Assembly: GCF_006345805.1 (NCBI RefSeq)
Contig: NC_043018.1
Location: 17,918,001-17,982,000, forward strand
DNA: 64,000 nt
Origin: Octopus sinensis
Lineage: Eukaryota
Reading direction: 5' to 3'
Under the pieces are notes generated by a model. It made no database searches and was not told where the DNA came from. It saw nothing but the letters and a program-made list of their open reading frames with translations. Below are positions 12,347 to 26,568 of this stretch, one piece after another. The first letter of the stretch is position 1. Each line of letters begins with the position of its first letter. The translations under genes and the position numbers were made by a program.

Positions 12347-12584
12347 CCTTTATTCCTTCGGAATTAAGAGTATGCAGTCTTCGAAACATGTGTTGAGAGT
12401 AAAGGAATTTTGTTAAAATCTTCGTTCGACTCCATTCTTTCATTTATTTATATATATATATATATATTACACGTGCCTGTGTGTGTTGCTTTCAAATTTT
12501 GCACAAGACCAGCAACTTCAGGAGACAGAACACAATTGTTAACAGTCTGGACACAATTCTTAGCTGCGTTTTGTCTGTCTGTGT

Positions 12585-12954
12585 GAGTTGAAATCCCACC
12601 GAAACTGATTTTGACTTTCATCCCTTCGAGTGGATAAAATCGGTGTCATATGAATATTGGGGGTGACGTAGTCGACTTAATCCTTTCCCATCTAAATTGC
12701 TGGCCTTGTGACAAATTTTGAGATCATTATCATTGCTATTATTATTATTATTATCATTATTATCATTATTAGGGTGGTGAGCTGGCAGGATCGTTAGCAT
12801 GCCGGTCGAAATGTTTAACGGTATTTCGTCTGTCTTTCATCCTTTTGGGGTTGATAAAATAAGTACCAGTTACGCACTGGGGTCGATGTATCGACTTAAT
12901 CCCTTTCACCAAATTTGAGGCCTTGGGCTTCCGGGAGAAAGAATTATTATTATT
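12585..12954 (+). mobile_element. Two head-to-tail SINE A1 copies (about 12585-12770 and 12771-12954), each ending in (ATT)n
   Basis: The second head gggtggtgagctggcagg begins directly after the (att)n tail of the first. Confidence 0.75.
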
Positions 12955-13541
12955 CCTTCGTAACACAGTGTAGGTAAAAATGCCTCGGAGTCTTTAGTCA
13001 TCTGTCAAGTCACAACAAGGACTTCAGACAGATAATACTTCCCTTAAAATGTGCACTGTGTCAAATAAGAATGCTTTTTGCATGACATGAATCTTGCAAG
13101 GTATTTCCAGTTGCCTTAAGAAGTCTTGAAGTTTCAATGGGATTGAGTCCAACACTCCAGTCAACACTGGTATCACTTTTACATTACCCTCTCGCATTCC
13201 ATACAGTCTTGCCATTTCCACTTTCGATTCGGAGTACTTGGCGATTTTTCCAAATTCTTTACTCACAGCATTTATGTCAATTGATCTTACAGTATTTGTC
13301 TCTCTTACTCAATATGACAATAACCAGCCGACGGTGTTCGATTACACGATTCGTTTGAAAATCCTCCTCCTGCATAACTTTACTTGGTACATACTAATAC
13401 CAGTCCTCTCTTACTTCATATTGGTATTTACGACACAAGAGTCAATAAGAATACACACACATTTTATGGTGGTGGCGCTTGTGTTCTTTTTGTGCAATGC
13501 TCTCACATCCACTTACCATGTGTATCACATTTTCCCCAGTC
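12955..13541 (-). mobile_element. Decayed 5'-truncated Dong/R4-type element (zinc-knuckle end plus RLE)
   Basis: Minus-strand translation ENVIHMVSGCESIAQKEHKRHH..LCRKYQY..DWY..PSKV..DFQTNRVIEHRRLVIVILSKRDKYCKI, then KIAKYSESKVEMARLYG..VIPVLTGVLD..QKAFLFDTVHILREVLSV*; (TAA)n on both sides. Confidence 0.85.
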
Positions 13542-13566
13542 TTATTATTATTATTATTATTATTAT

Positions 13567-13606
<40 letters not shown>

Positions 13607-13607
13607 T

Positions 13608-14070
13608 AAGACGGCGAGCTGGCAGAATCTTTAGCGCGCTGGACGAAATACCGAGAGCGGCACTTCGCCGTTGATACGTTCTGGGTTCTAATTCCGCCGA
13701 GGTCTACTTTGCCTTTCATCCTTTCCGGGTCGATGAAATAAGTACCAGTCAAGCACTGGGGTCGAGATAAGTGACTCATCGCCTCCCCAAAATGGCTACC
13801 ATTGTGGCAAAATTTGAAACTATTATTATCATTATTACTACTATTAATGCAGGTGACTGGCTGAATCTTTCGCACTTCAGACAAAATGCTTAGCAGCATT
13901 TTGTTCCTCTTTGCATTCTGTGACCATATTCCAGCAAGTTTTGCTCAGCATTTCATCATCTCTGAGTTGATAAAAATTAATACCAGTTGATGACTGGGGT
14001 CCATCTAATACATTGATCACGTCCCCAAAAATTTTAGGCTTTGTAACTATAGAGGATCGGATTCTTCTTA
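13608..14070 (+). mobile_element. Two further head-to-tail SINE A1 copies (13608-13848 and about 13849-14070)
   Basis: Head aagacggcgagctggcagaa follows (TTA)/(GTA)n; an older copy begins right after the (att)-rich tail. Confidence 0.7.
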
Positions 14071-14140
14071 TTAATGTTTTAACCGACGTCATTTTCAAAG
14101 TGTGCCTAAGCAGATCGATAAACAAAGATCAATTAAAGAT

Positions 14141-14310
14141 CCCCGTCACTTAGCGGTTCGGCAAAAGAGACCGATAGAGTAAGTACTGGGCTTACAAAAG
14201 AATAAGTCCCGGGGTCGAGTTACTCGACTAAAGGCGGTGCTCCAGAATGGCCGCAGTCAAATGACTGAAACAAGTAAAAGAGTTAAAAGAGAAAAAAGAG
14301 TAAATAAATA
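14141..14310 (+). mobile_element. SINE family B, 3' part
   Basis: ccccgtcacttagcggttcggcaaaagagacc..tgactgaaacaagtaaaagag. Confidence 0.85.
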
Positions 14311-14509
14311 CTAACCAAAATAAGCGCAGCAATGCACAGGATTTACTGAAACATGAAGTGCTCCAGCATGGCTAAAACGTGATGAATATCAATAGCAAAA
14401 TACGTATTTGAAGAGAGAGACAGAGAGAAAATGGGGAAGGAGAGAGGGAGAGAGAAATAGGAAAGATGGAGAAAGGGTAAAAGCAGTTTTAAGTAAAAGT
14501 TTATACCCC

Positions 14510-14540
<31 letters not shown>

Positions 14541-16384
14541 TCTCTCTCTCTTTCAGTATACACATATACATATATGTATATGCTTGTGTGTATGTGTGTG
14601 CGTGTGTGTATGTATATGTGTGTATATGTATATAAGTATATATACATACATACATACATACATTCACATATATACATATATATACGAATATATATATATG
14701 GATATATATACATATATTGATATTGTGTGTATATATATATACGTGTGTGTATGTGTGTATGCGTGTGTATGTATATGTATATATATACATATATATATAT
14801 ATATACATTAGATATATGCAAATACATATATGTATGTATATATATATATAATATATATATATATATATTATATATATATATATATATGATATTGTGTATG
14901 GGTGGGTATATATGTATATATGTGTGTTTATATTTGTAAATGTATATATATATATATATGTATGCATGCACACATGTATTCATGAATCTTTACGTGATAA
15001 AACTCATTTGCATGAAAGAACATGATATATGCGAGCGAGCATTCAGGAACAAGAGGATTAGTGAGAAAAAAAGAAACACATTTTTGAAGAATTTTTTTTT
15101 TTCCTCAAGAGTTCCTCAATGACAGCAATCCAACTATACAGAAGCATGTTTCTCATTTTTCGTTTTTGTTTTTGTTTTTGTATCCCTATTTCTCATTATT
15201 TTTTTTGTTTTTGTCTTTGTATCCCCGTTTCTCATTTACCGTAAAACCTGCGCTACATGCTTCCTTGTATTAGTTTCATATTTATTCCATTTTATATCTT
15301 AGCGATGGTTCTTTGTATTTCATAGTATTATGTTTCGCATTTACTTGACAACCACTGCAATGCAGTAAGTTTCATGATTGAATGAAATCCGTAATGCTCT
15401 AACATTCGTTAGGAAATACCTGATTTAAAATCGTTTGAATAGCGTCTTCGCAGCTAGATGCTTTGCCCATTGAAATATTTTGCTTTAGAATATAATATGT
15501 AATTCGCCAGGCCGTTAGCCTCTTCGGCACTTACGGTTTTATCAGTTATATTCATAGAATATCTCCCAGTAAAAGCAGAACCACTACACAGCTTTATGCA
15601 CAAAAAAACTAGAGGCTTATTTTACATACGTACTTAGCGTATATGTAAATGTTTGCCATTTTACGTTTGATTTCGTTAGCTGGACCGCACATCATGGCTT
15701 GTATTCCGCTTATAAATCTTACAAGGATATATATATATATATATATGCATGCATCGATGCATATTTGCACAGTAATGAGCTGATAGGGGCAGAACTATGT
15801 CAAAAAAATTGTATTCGAATGCAAAGGTACAGTAGGACGAGAAAGTAAAGTAAGTTGGGAAAGGCACAAAAGTATATTTTAGAGAAGGTTTACTATTTTT
15901 CTTTGAGTGAGTGATTTAAAATGTAATCGCTTTTACTATATCCATCTTATCAAATATTATAAAGAAGTTTTTAGCAAGTCAAGGAGAAAAAAAATTCAGG
16001 GTTAACAGTTTGTCCTCATGTTTTAGTGAGTAGGGAAAGTTTACTTTAGATTCACTCCTCAGATAAGTTTTGTCTATGCAGGTTTGTGTTGGAGTTCAGC
16101 AGTTCAAGGTTCAGGAATTCTATTGAGAAAAATCTTTTGAATTCGATAGAATTCCTGAAACATAAACTGTTCAACACCCACCTCAAACCTACATAGACAT
16201 AACTCATATAAGGAGTGACTCTAAAGTAAAATTTCCCTACACACTAAAACATGTGCACGAATTGTTAACCCCCAATTTTTTCACATTGACTTCCAAAAAA
16301 ATCCTTTTTCAATATTTGGTATAATGGACACATTAAAACCAGTTACATTTCAAATCACTCATTTTAACAAATATCTCACTGTTA

Positions 16385-16460
16385 CACTCTTTTACTTGTT
16401 TCAGTCATTTGACTGTGGCTGGAGCACCGCCTTTAGTCGAGCAAATCGACCCCAGGACAT
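16385..16460 (-). mobile_element. SINE family B, 3' fragment
   Basis: cttttacttgtttcagtcatttgactgtggc..gcaaatcgaccccaggac. Confidence 0.75.
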
Positions 16461-18159
16461 ACTCTCAAATCACCAGTGTATGGCTATAGACAAATAGTGT
16501 AAATGCCATTGCCTGGTATATCACGATGATGTTTTACGTAAGAATAAATCTAATTATGAATTAAAAGCAAAGATACAGTTGTAAACATTATTAACTGCAC
16601 ATAGTTAATGTATAATTTATGTTTGTTCGCCAGTATGCTGACGTATAACGTGGTGTCACTACGATTATAACTGTTAAAATCAAACTGCACTCTATAAAAC
16701 TTGCACTAAGAATAATGCAAGGTAAAATTACTACCTGCTTTTATAGCAGGTTGATGCAGGTAGTTTATCCTGATCCCTTCTGACTTTTACTTCATGCAAC
16801 TGAAAAAACCGCATTATTTATGGGATGACCCAACATATAAATAAATATATATGATATTAATAAAATACAACCTTTTTAAAACGTCTATCGGCAAGCTACT
16901 GACAGGATTGCATAATTGCTTGTTGATACATTATGCAATCTTAAGTTACCTCCTTAGTAATTATTCTTTTCTTTAAAAGAACATCAGTTCGAGCGATGTC
17001 TTAATTCTTGAGATTCTTTTTCCCTTTCTCGATTGAAAATCGTCGCAATCGCCACGAGGCATTTGTTATAGTGTATTGTAAAGAGAAAATGAATTTAATA
17101 TATCAAAAATTTATCTTGTGTCATTTTTAACTTATCCTAATACATGTTAAACTTTTTATTAGAATTTTCCCCACGGACAGAAGAAAAAATATACAGTAAA
17201 ACATTTTTGTCAAGCTTCCTCTCCGCATACCATCGTCATTATCTAACAGAAGTGCATCTATTCTAGTACCAATACAACTTGGTACCAACCGCTGTCGTTT
17301 CCATCAAACCACCGCCCTAGACTGATGCATTGTAATCGACCATGAAGTAATGAATTCAAAAGCAATCATGGTGAGATTTGAACTTTGAGTGCAAACACTC
17401 GGAACAAGTAGTGCAAGTTACCCTATCCAACAGTTTAATAATTCTGTCCATTCACCAATTTAAAGAAGAGATAAATTCAATAAATGAAACAGAAATTCAC
17501 AGCTAAATTAACAAAATTAGAAAAACACAACGATTAATCTTGCGCAAGGTGGAACACATACAACGTGCCATCGTTATTTTGAGCGTCATTAGCATAATAC
17601 AGGTTTCTTCATTTCAGCAAATAAGGAAAATTTAACAAATACAAAAATTGTTAAATACATTTTCTTGGTCAAGAATAATTTGCAATATTAAAAATCAAGA
17701 TGCTTCATGTTTTTCTCACCATATTAATTCAAGCGTGAAATTAATAGAGAATTCTTGAATTTATCGCTTTTTCTCTTTGACTGTTGCGGAAAAACTATCA
17801 CAACATTTTGATTTGATTTTATTGCTTATCTGCAAGGGAAATCTCTATGAAACAGAGATTTGTCGTGTAAGGAGTTTAGAGCTGTTCAATTTGCAACCCA
17901 AATTCATGCCGTTCACACCTTTCTTTGCATTTCTCCATCTTTTCTTTTAGATTCAGTGGTTTTAATTGTATACATTACATTCTAACAAAAACCTGATGAA
18001 CACATTCGATATACGTTCGTTCTATTGTCCATGTCTGTGAGGACGAGTAAAGAATATTATGCTGATCAGGCTTGCTTTCTATGTGTGAGTGTGCCTGTGT
18101 GTGTTTATACACAGTCACGTATTCGTATATATAATATATATATATATATATACATACAT

Positions 18160-18240
<81 letters not shown>

Positions 18241-18325
18241 CATACACACACACACATATATATATACGTATATGAATGCACACACATATGCGCCCACACA
18301 CACGATATGTGTGTGTGTTTCTGTG

Positions 18326-18376
<51 letters not shown>

Positions 18377-19419
18377 ATATATATGTGTGTATGTGTGCGT
18401 GAGTCTATATTTCAGTGTTCATGCATATATGCGTGATCAAACGTATTTACTTTCATCTTTTCACAGTAACTCTATCTATATTTTATATTTTCCGCTTGGC
18501 GTATGGATGGCTTTCTCTCTAAGCACTCTAGTCTATAGATTCTAATTCATTCTACGTATCTTATCGAAAATCTATTTAAATGCTTCTCATTCCTTAGTTC
18601 TTTGCAAGTTATTTCAATAAAGGCATAAGCTTTTGTGATGTGTGTGTGTAAGAACACGTGAGCATATATGTGTAGTGTGTCGGTGGTTCCCTCTGATTGT
18701 GTGTTTCTAGGCATGCGCAGACAATGCGAATTGATTGAGAATTTACATCGCAAAGATCAGGTTGCACGAGTTCCATCCTTACTCTCGGCATTTGGGGCAA
18801 ATCATTGAAATTTTAGTTTTAAATCAACATTTGTGAAAGAAATTTTGCTGAAGCAAACTAATTCAAAACTATTTCTATTAATAGTACCTGAAAATGATTA
18901 CAATTGAAAAGCCCAAGCCAGAGCAGATGCTGTCGGACACATTCCACCTAGGGAGTAAGTTGTGGGTCTATGGATCTGCCTGTGGGTTACGCAGCCACGT
19001 ACACGACAATTCAATGAAGGGGTAGTTTTCTTTGTCGAAAATAGGGAACAGTCATCGTCGGGATCAATAGACTTATTTCATTGTGTATGTGTGTGAGAGA
19101 GTATGTATATATGTGTGTGTATGTGTATGCGTGTCATGTTTTAACCTGCATCCTTTACAAGTTGATGGAGTCGCACAGGTGTTGCCGTAACATGTGTCGT
19201 TATATTTATAGAAAAATAAGACTCGGCCACCGTAAAAAAAACTGGTCCTTTGTTTTCGATCGCAAATGAATAGAAGGAACAATGGACCGCGTATAAATTT
19301 CAGCTAAAAGACCTACAATGATTACCGCAAAGCGGTCTAAATCTACCAACGATCTAACTACACTACAACTGCCAATTATCTGCCGTATACATACACGCAC
19401 AAATATAAATACATACATA

Positions 19420-19670
19420 TTTAACATTGTCCCGAAAGAGATCAAAGAGGAACAGGATCCCATCAACTTTAAACGGAGTCTGGATAGATTCCTTCAAGGA
19501 ATACCAGATAAGCCACCCATAATTGGATACAACTCACCCAACAAAAACTCACTACATGAATGGACCATAAGCAAAACTTGACTTCAACAGGATTCAAATA
19601 ATCCTATCAGATGGTGCTATTAAGTTAGACATGTCCTGGACCAATCATTGGTCGAAACACATCTAAGTTC
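19420..19670 (+). mobile_element. CR1-like LINE 3' end (ORF2 C-terminus plus UTR)
   Basis: FNIVPKEIKEEQDPINFKRSLDRFLQGIPDKPPIIGYNSPNKNSLHEW (stop 19581) fits the FN..P..I.....FK..LD.FL..IPD.P...Y....NSL pattern; gacca/tggtc hairpin in the UTR. Confidence 0.7.
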
Positions 19671-19934
19671 ATATCTATATATATATATATATATATATAC
19701 AGAGTCAACAGATGAAATCCAGATATCAATATAGAAAAAGCTCAGTAGCATTCAAATGATTTGAACCCCAGAAACAACTGTCTAACTTGTAATACCCTCT
19801 CCACATTAATTTTCTGTGGGTTTGCTTTCTGTGTAAGTTTCGGCTGTCTATACATATATACCTGCATATTTTCAGTTGTGTGTATGTATGTATGTATCCA
19901 TGCATGTGCATACATGTATGTATTATGCATATAT

Positions 19935-20168
19935 GTTTCTTTATTTTCCACAAGGGGCTAAACATAGAGGGGACAAACAAGGACAGACAAACGAAAAAAG
20001 TCGATTACATCGACCACAGTGCGTTACTGGTACTTAATTTATCGACCCCGAAAGGATGAAAGGCATAGTCGACCGCGGCGGAATTTGAACTCAGAACGTA
20101 GCGGCAGACGAAATACGGGTACGCATTTCACCCGGCGTGCTAACGTTTCTGCCAGCTCGCCGCCTGAA
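19935..20168 (-). mobile_element. SINE family A2, full length
   Basis: TSD atgtattatgcatatat at 19918-19934 and 20169-20185. Confidence 0.9.
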
Positions 20169-20430
20169 ATGTATTATGCATATATACGTGTGCATGTATG
20201 TATATGCTGTATATATTGATAAAAAGGAGGTAGTCATAATTTTGGATAATTAATCTATTTACGGCTTTCATCTGTTTTACAGAGATTCATCATGACTGAC
20301 TTTTTTTTTAATGTGAGTCAGTTGAAAACATCTGCAATAGAATTTGGAAGAGAATTTCTTTGCTAATTTGAATTTATATTTGTGTATATATGTATGTGTG
20401 AGTGTTTGTCGTTAAGTATTGGAGGCTTGA

Positions 20431-20667
20431 AAGGCGGCGAGCTGGCAGAAACGTTAGCACGCCGGGCGAAATGCGTAGCCGTATTTCGTCTGCTGCTACG
20501 TTCTGAGTTCAAATTCCGCCGAGGTCGACTTTGCCTTTCATCCTTTCGGGGTCGATTAAATAAGTACCAGTTACGCACTGGGGTCGATATAATCGACTTA
20601 ATCCATTTGTCTTTCCTTGTTTGTCCCCTCTGTGTTTAGCCCCTTGTGGTGTGGGTAGTAAAGAAAA
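20431..20667 (+). mobile_element. SINE family A2, full length
   Basis: TSD aagtattggaggcttga at 20414-20430 and 20668-20684. Confidence 0.9.
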
Positions 20668-21003
20668 AAGTATTGGAGGCTTGATTAGAGGGAGAAAAAA
20701 GAAAAACGACACGGAAGAATGAAAGAAAGAAAGAAAGAAAAAAGAAAGAAAGAAATAAGGAAAGAAAGAAAGATGGAAAGAAAGGGTTTACTTCTGTGAT
20801 GGTCGAAATTGTATGATACTTCTTGATCAGTTGTCACGCTACAAAGCCTTAGAAAGGTATGTTTTCCTGAAACGGTCGAAATGAATGACAGTTCAAGAGG
20901 TCAGTATTCTTTTAGTCGTTGTAAATTTTCTGTCTGCTAACCAACTTTAGACAATAGATTCTACCAAAATTGCGTGCTTGAGTGTATGTGTGTTTGTGTG
21001 TGT

Positions 21004-21038
<35 letters not shown>

Positions 21039-21189
21039 CGTGTGTGTATGTGTATATGTGTTGGCAGGTTGGTTTAAGTGAATGTTTCCAGTGACTTTAG
21101 CATTTTAATAAGTGAAAGCATTTTAAGAAGGATCTTTCACGTGTTCATACAAATATATATTTTCTTCTTTTTTGACATACGTTTAGCTT

Positions 21190-22050
<861 letters not shown>

Positions 22051-22389
22051 GATTTTCTTCATTAAATGCCGTTTCATTGACTTCCGGTATTGTCATTAAT
22101 TTCAACTATCCCAGAAAAATTTACCTTTCTACTGCTGGGTGGCATAACAATTGACCAAGATATATATGGAAGCTTCAACCAACTGAGGAAAAAAAACCCT
22201 TTTCTCTCTTTTCTTCTTCTTGCCGATCTTTCGTTCTTCTTGTCTTTCGTTCTTCTTGTCTTTCGTTCTTTCGTTTTTTCTACTTCTTCCCTCTGATCAA
22301 GCTTTCGAAATTTCACCACAAACACACGTGCTTATATACATTCATACACACCTATATATACATGCAGAGAGAGAGAGGGAAAAAGAGAA

Positions 22390-22428
<39 letters not shown>

Positions 22429-22653
22429 CAAAATAACAAAGACCATTCTATTCCCTGTTGCCTTCCAGATATAAAATCATAAAAACAAAATCATTAATGA
22501 TGAATCTCTGAAAAGAGATAAAAGCGCTAAATGATTAATTAGCAAAACTTCTGACTGTCAATTTTTCCTTTAAATATATATATATAGTGTGTGTGTGTAT
22601 ATATGTATATATATGTATGTATGCATGATTATATATATAGTATGTATGCCATG

Positions 22654-22692
<39 letters not shown>

Positions 22693-22811
22693 TATCATGT
22701 ATGTATGCATGATTAATATATATATATATATATATGTATATTATATATATAATTAATATATATATATAGATATATATATATATATATAATATATAATAAT
22801 ATATATACCGG

Positions 22812-22849
<38 letters not shown>

Positions 22850-23484
22850 ATACCGTACACATATTCCATCTGTATTCGTAACGTTTCAATCATTCCGTAC
22901 AATTCCGCGAAAAAAAAGACATATCGCGGCTTTTGCAACAAACTTTTCGTAGTACCAGATTTAATCAATTTGTCCATTAAAGTTGCTGGTTGGTCATTGT
23001 TAGGTTTTATCGACGTAAATTGCCATGTGACATCTGTTAATTGAATATTGGTCGATACCATAATGTAATCTCTTTAATGTTCACCAGAATCCTTAGTTCA
23101 ATCCTGTACCGAATCGCGATATTAAGTATTTAGGTCAGTGTCATTTCAGATAATATATTCCAGGATATATTCTAAACTCTCTTCTGTTATCTGTAACGTA
23201 TTACAGTATGACGGATTTCCAAAAATACTTATCCAGAAATACCTGCAGCGAATGTAATTACTCCATTAGGCTATGGTCAAAGACTTTTCGTCCACTGCAA
23301 TATTAATCCACGCATTTCTCTATATGGAATTTTTAAAATAAAAGCCCAAAACACACATTCTAAGACTACTAATTTTTTCCAGAGTATAACATAGTTAAAA
23401 CGGAGCTATAAAAAAAAGTGCTTCTTATCAGAATAAAGCCCACCACCACCAACACCACCACCAATCTATCTCTATCTCTCACTA

Positions 23485-23826
23485 CACTCGCCTCCTTATG
23501 AGAGCTCAAAATCTCTCGTGGAAGCGCCATCCAACCAAAATGCAAATATATGGGAAATTACCACCTGTGTCATTTCTTGTGAAAGGTAGCAGAGTCCAGT
23601 TTGCTGGACATTGTTGTAGAGCTGAAAAAGAAGTAATTTCTACTCTTCTCCTCTGGAAACCATCTACTCGCAATACCAGAGGGCGCACACTCTCCTACCC
23701 TGATGTAATCTCCAGGGATACAGACATCCAGCAACAGGACCTCCGTAATGCTATGATGGACCATGAAGTCTGGCGTAACATAGTAACTTCCATTGTCCGG
23801 ACCACGGTCGAACAATGATGATGATG
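23485..23826 (+). mobile_element. 5'-truncated RTE-clade LINE
   Basis: RVQFAGHCCRAEKEVISTLLLWKP..RGRTLSYPDVISRD..DHEVWRNIV; (GAT)n tail; TSD atctctcacta at 23474-23484 and 23827-23837. Confidence 0.85.
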
Positions 23827-24192
23827 ATCTCTCACTATAATAATAATGGAACTTTTACAAAAGAGACCAGCATCGAAACCAACTTCCCTCGTTTTGTCGA
23901 AACAGACATTTTAAAAAGTACATCATATTTTGTAGTCTAGTGTTTATTCCAAAACATTTGAAAGCCTAAACAAGGAAGAATTTTGCATAAAATGTTCTTT
24001 CATATAATGATCGATTTCATTTTTCCAATCTGTTATATTTTATTTCAACTGCAGGCTATTTTAAAAGCCAACACATCGACGTGGTCTTTCATAGGCAGCG
24101 ACATGTAACTGTATTTCTACTTGTATATATTTTATAGCTGCGGAAATACACAGAGTTTGATGTCGCCATGTAAATTCGAAGGGAAAACTGTT

Positions 24193-24426
24193 TCTCTTTT
24201 TCTCTTTACTCTTTTACTTGTTTCAGTCATTTGACTGCGGCCATGCTGGAGCACCACCTTTTAGTCGAGCAACTCGACCCCGGGACTTATTCTTTGTGAG
24301 CCCAGTACTTATTCTATCGGTCTCTTTTTTGCCGAACCGCTAAGTGACGGGGTACGTAAACACACCAGCATCGGTTGTCAAGCAATGCTAGGGAGACAAT
24401 CACAGACACACACACACACACACACG

Positions 24427-24501
<75 letters not shown>

Positions 24502-24672
24502 TATACACGACGGGCTTCTTTCAGTTTCCGTCTACCAAATCCACTCACAAGGCTTTGGTCGGTCCGAGGCTATAGCAGAAGACACTTGCCCAAGGTGCCA
24601 TGCAGTGGGACTGAACCCGGAACCGTGTGGTTGGTAAACAAGCTACTTACCACACAGCAACTCCTGTGTTTG
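24193..24672 (-). mobile_element. SINE family B, full length, with expanded internal microsatellite
   Basis: Collinear with the copy at 2325. Confidence 0.9.
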
Positions 24673-24847
24673 TCCATAATCTAATAGTATGTATTAAATC
24701 AACCAGTTAATTAGTCATTCCTATAACTTCATATGTCCTTATTTCAGTGCCTCGTTATATAATAAACTCATCAGCTATGTCACGTGTTGAGTAAATTATT
24801 AGGAAATAGGAAAAGAAGCATTTTTATTATATTATTTTGAAATACTG

Positions 24848-25495
24848 GGGCGGTGAGCTGGCAGAAACGTTAGTACGCCGGGTAAAAGGCTGAGCGGTAT
24901 TTTTGTCTGCTGAGCGGTATTTTGTCTGTATTTTGGCGGCGAGCTGGCAGAAACGTTAGCACGCCGGACGAAATGCGTAGCCGTATTTCGTCTGCCGTTA
25001 CGTTCTGAGTTCAAATTCCGCCGAGGTCGACTTTGCCTTTCATCCTTTTGGGTTCGATAAATAAAGTACCAGCTTCGCACTGGGGTCGATGTAATCGACT
25101 TAATCTCCTTGTCTGTCCTCTCTGTGTTTAGCACCTTGTGGGTAGTAAAGAAATAGGTATTTTGTCTGCCATTGCGTTCTGAGTTCAAATTCCGCCGAGG
25201 TCGACTTTGTCTTTCATCCTTTCGGGGTCGATTAAATAAGTATCAGTTACTTACTAGGGTCGATATAAACGACGTAATCTGTTTGTCTGTCTTTGTTTGT
25301 CCTCTCTGTGTTTAGTCCCTTGTGGGTAGTAAAGAAATAGATATTTTTTGTCTGTTTGTACATTCTAGGTTCAAATTCCGCCGAGATCGAATTTCGGGGT
25401 CGATAACTTAAGCACTACTTGCGTTCTGGGATCTATGTAATCGAATGGCACCCTCCCCCAAAATTTAGGGCTTTGTGGCTGGAGTAGAACAGCTT
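24848..25495 (+). mobile_element. Cluster of three nested family A SINEs
   Basis: Heads at about 24848, about 24908 (partial) and 24928; bodies resume at 25158 and about 25340 at gtattt(t)gtctg; two A2 tails and one A1 tail. Confidence 0.8.
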
Positions 25496-25564
25496 ATTTT
25501 AATATTTTTGAAGTAACAAAGAAACGTTCGTTTGGATTTTTTTCTTATATTTCTTCGTCATATC

Positions 25565-25986
25565 TTTCTTTTTCTTTTTTTTTTTTTACTTGTTTCAGTC
25601 ATTTGACTGTGGCCATGCTGGAGCACCGCCTTTAGTCGAGCAAATCGACCCCAGGACTTATTCTTTGTAAGCCCAGTACTTATTCTATCGGTCTCTTTTG
25701 CCGAACTGCTAAGTGACGGGGACGTATACACACCAGCATCGGTTGTCAAGCAATGCTAGGGGGACAAACACAGACACACAAACACACACACGCATACATA
25801 TATATATATATACATATATACGGCGGGCTTTATTCAGTTTCCGTCTACCAAATCCACTCACAAGGCTTCGGTCGGCCCGAGGATATAGTACAAGACACTT
25901 GACCAAGGTACCACGCAGTGGGACTGAACCCGGAACCATGTGGTTGGTAAACAAGCTACTTGCCACACAGCCACTCCTGCGCCCAA
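25565..25986 (-). mobile_element. SINE family B, full length
   Basis: Collinear with the other family B copies. Confidence 0.9.
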
Positions 25987-26187
25987 TGTTGACGTTGTTT
26001 GTGGTGATTTGTTTCTGTTGTTGTTCAACCATCAGGACAGCCTGACCTGAGAAGATTTATAAAATCAAGTCAATCTACCCCCTGCGCATCACGTCTTTAT
26101 CATTAAATGATGTGCCCTGAGATACATTCATGTAATAAGGCAGCACTATCACGTTCTTGAGTAGCTCGACACACGTTTCTGAATTTC

Positions 26188-26285
26188 ATGTACACATACA
26201 CACATATACAAATCCACTCACTCCTACATACATGCATACAATATATGTATGTATATATATATATAGATATATATATATATATATA

Positions 26286-26322
<37 letters not shown>

Positions 26323-26323
26323 T

Positions 26324-26360
<37 letters not shown>

Positions 26361-26495
26361 AATATATATATATATATATAGATATATATATATACATACA
26401 TATATATATATATATATATACATACATATATTGTATGCATATTGTATACATATATTGTATGCATGTATGTAGGAGTGAGTGGATTTGTATATGTG

Positions 26496-26508
<13 letters not shown>
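26188..26508. repeat. Perfect 63-bp inverted repeat around a (TA)n spacer
   Basis: 26188-26250 is the reverse complement of 26446-26508. Confidence 0.9.

Positions 26509-26568
<60 letters not shown>

Noticed and set aside
15535-15591. Minus-strand 57-nt candidate exon LCSGSAFTGRYSMNITDKT with a GTAAGT donor
   Set aside because: Moderate acceptor, no recognisable domain and no partner exons; many such pairs occur by chance
16110-16159. 14-bp inverted repeat as a possible miRNA hairpin
   Set aside because: The stem is too short and the 22-nt loop too large for a pre-miRNA
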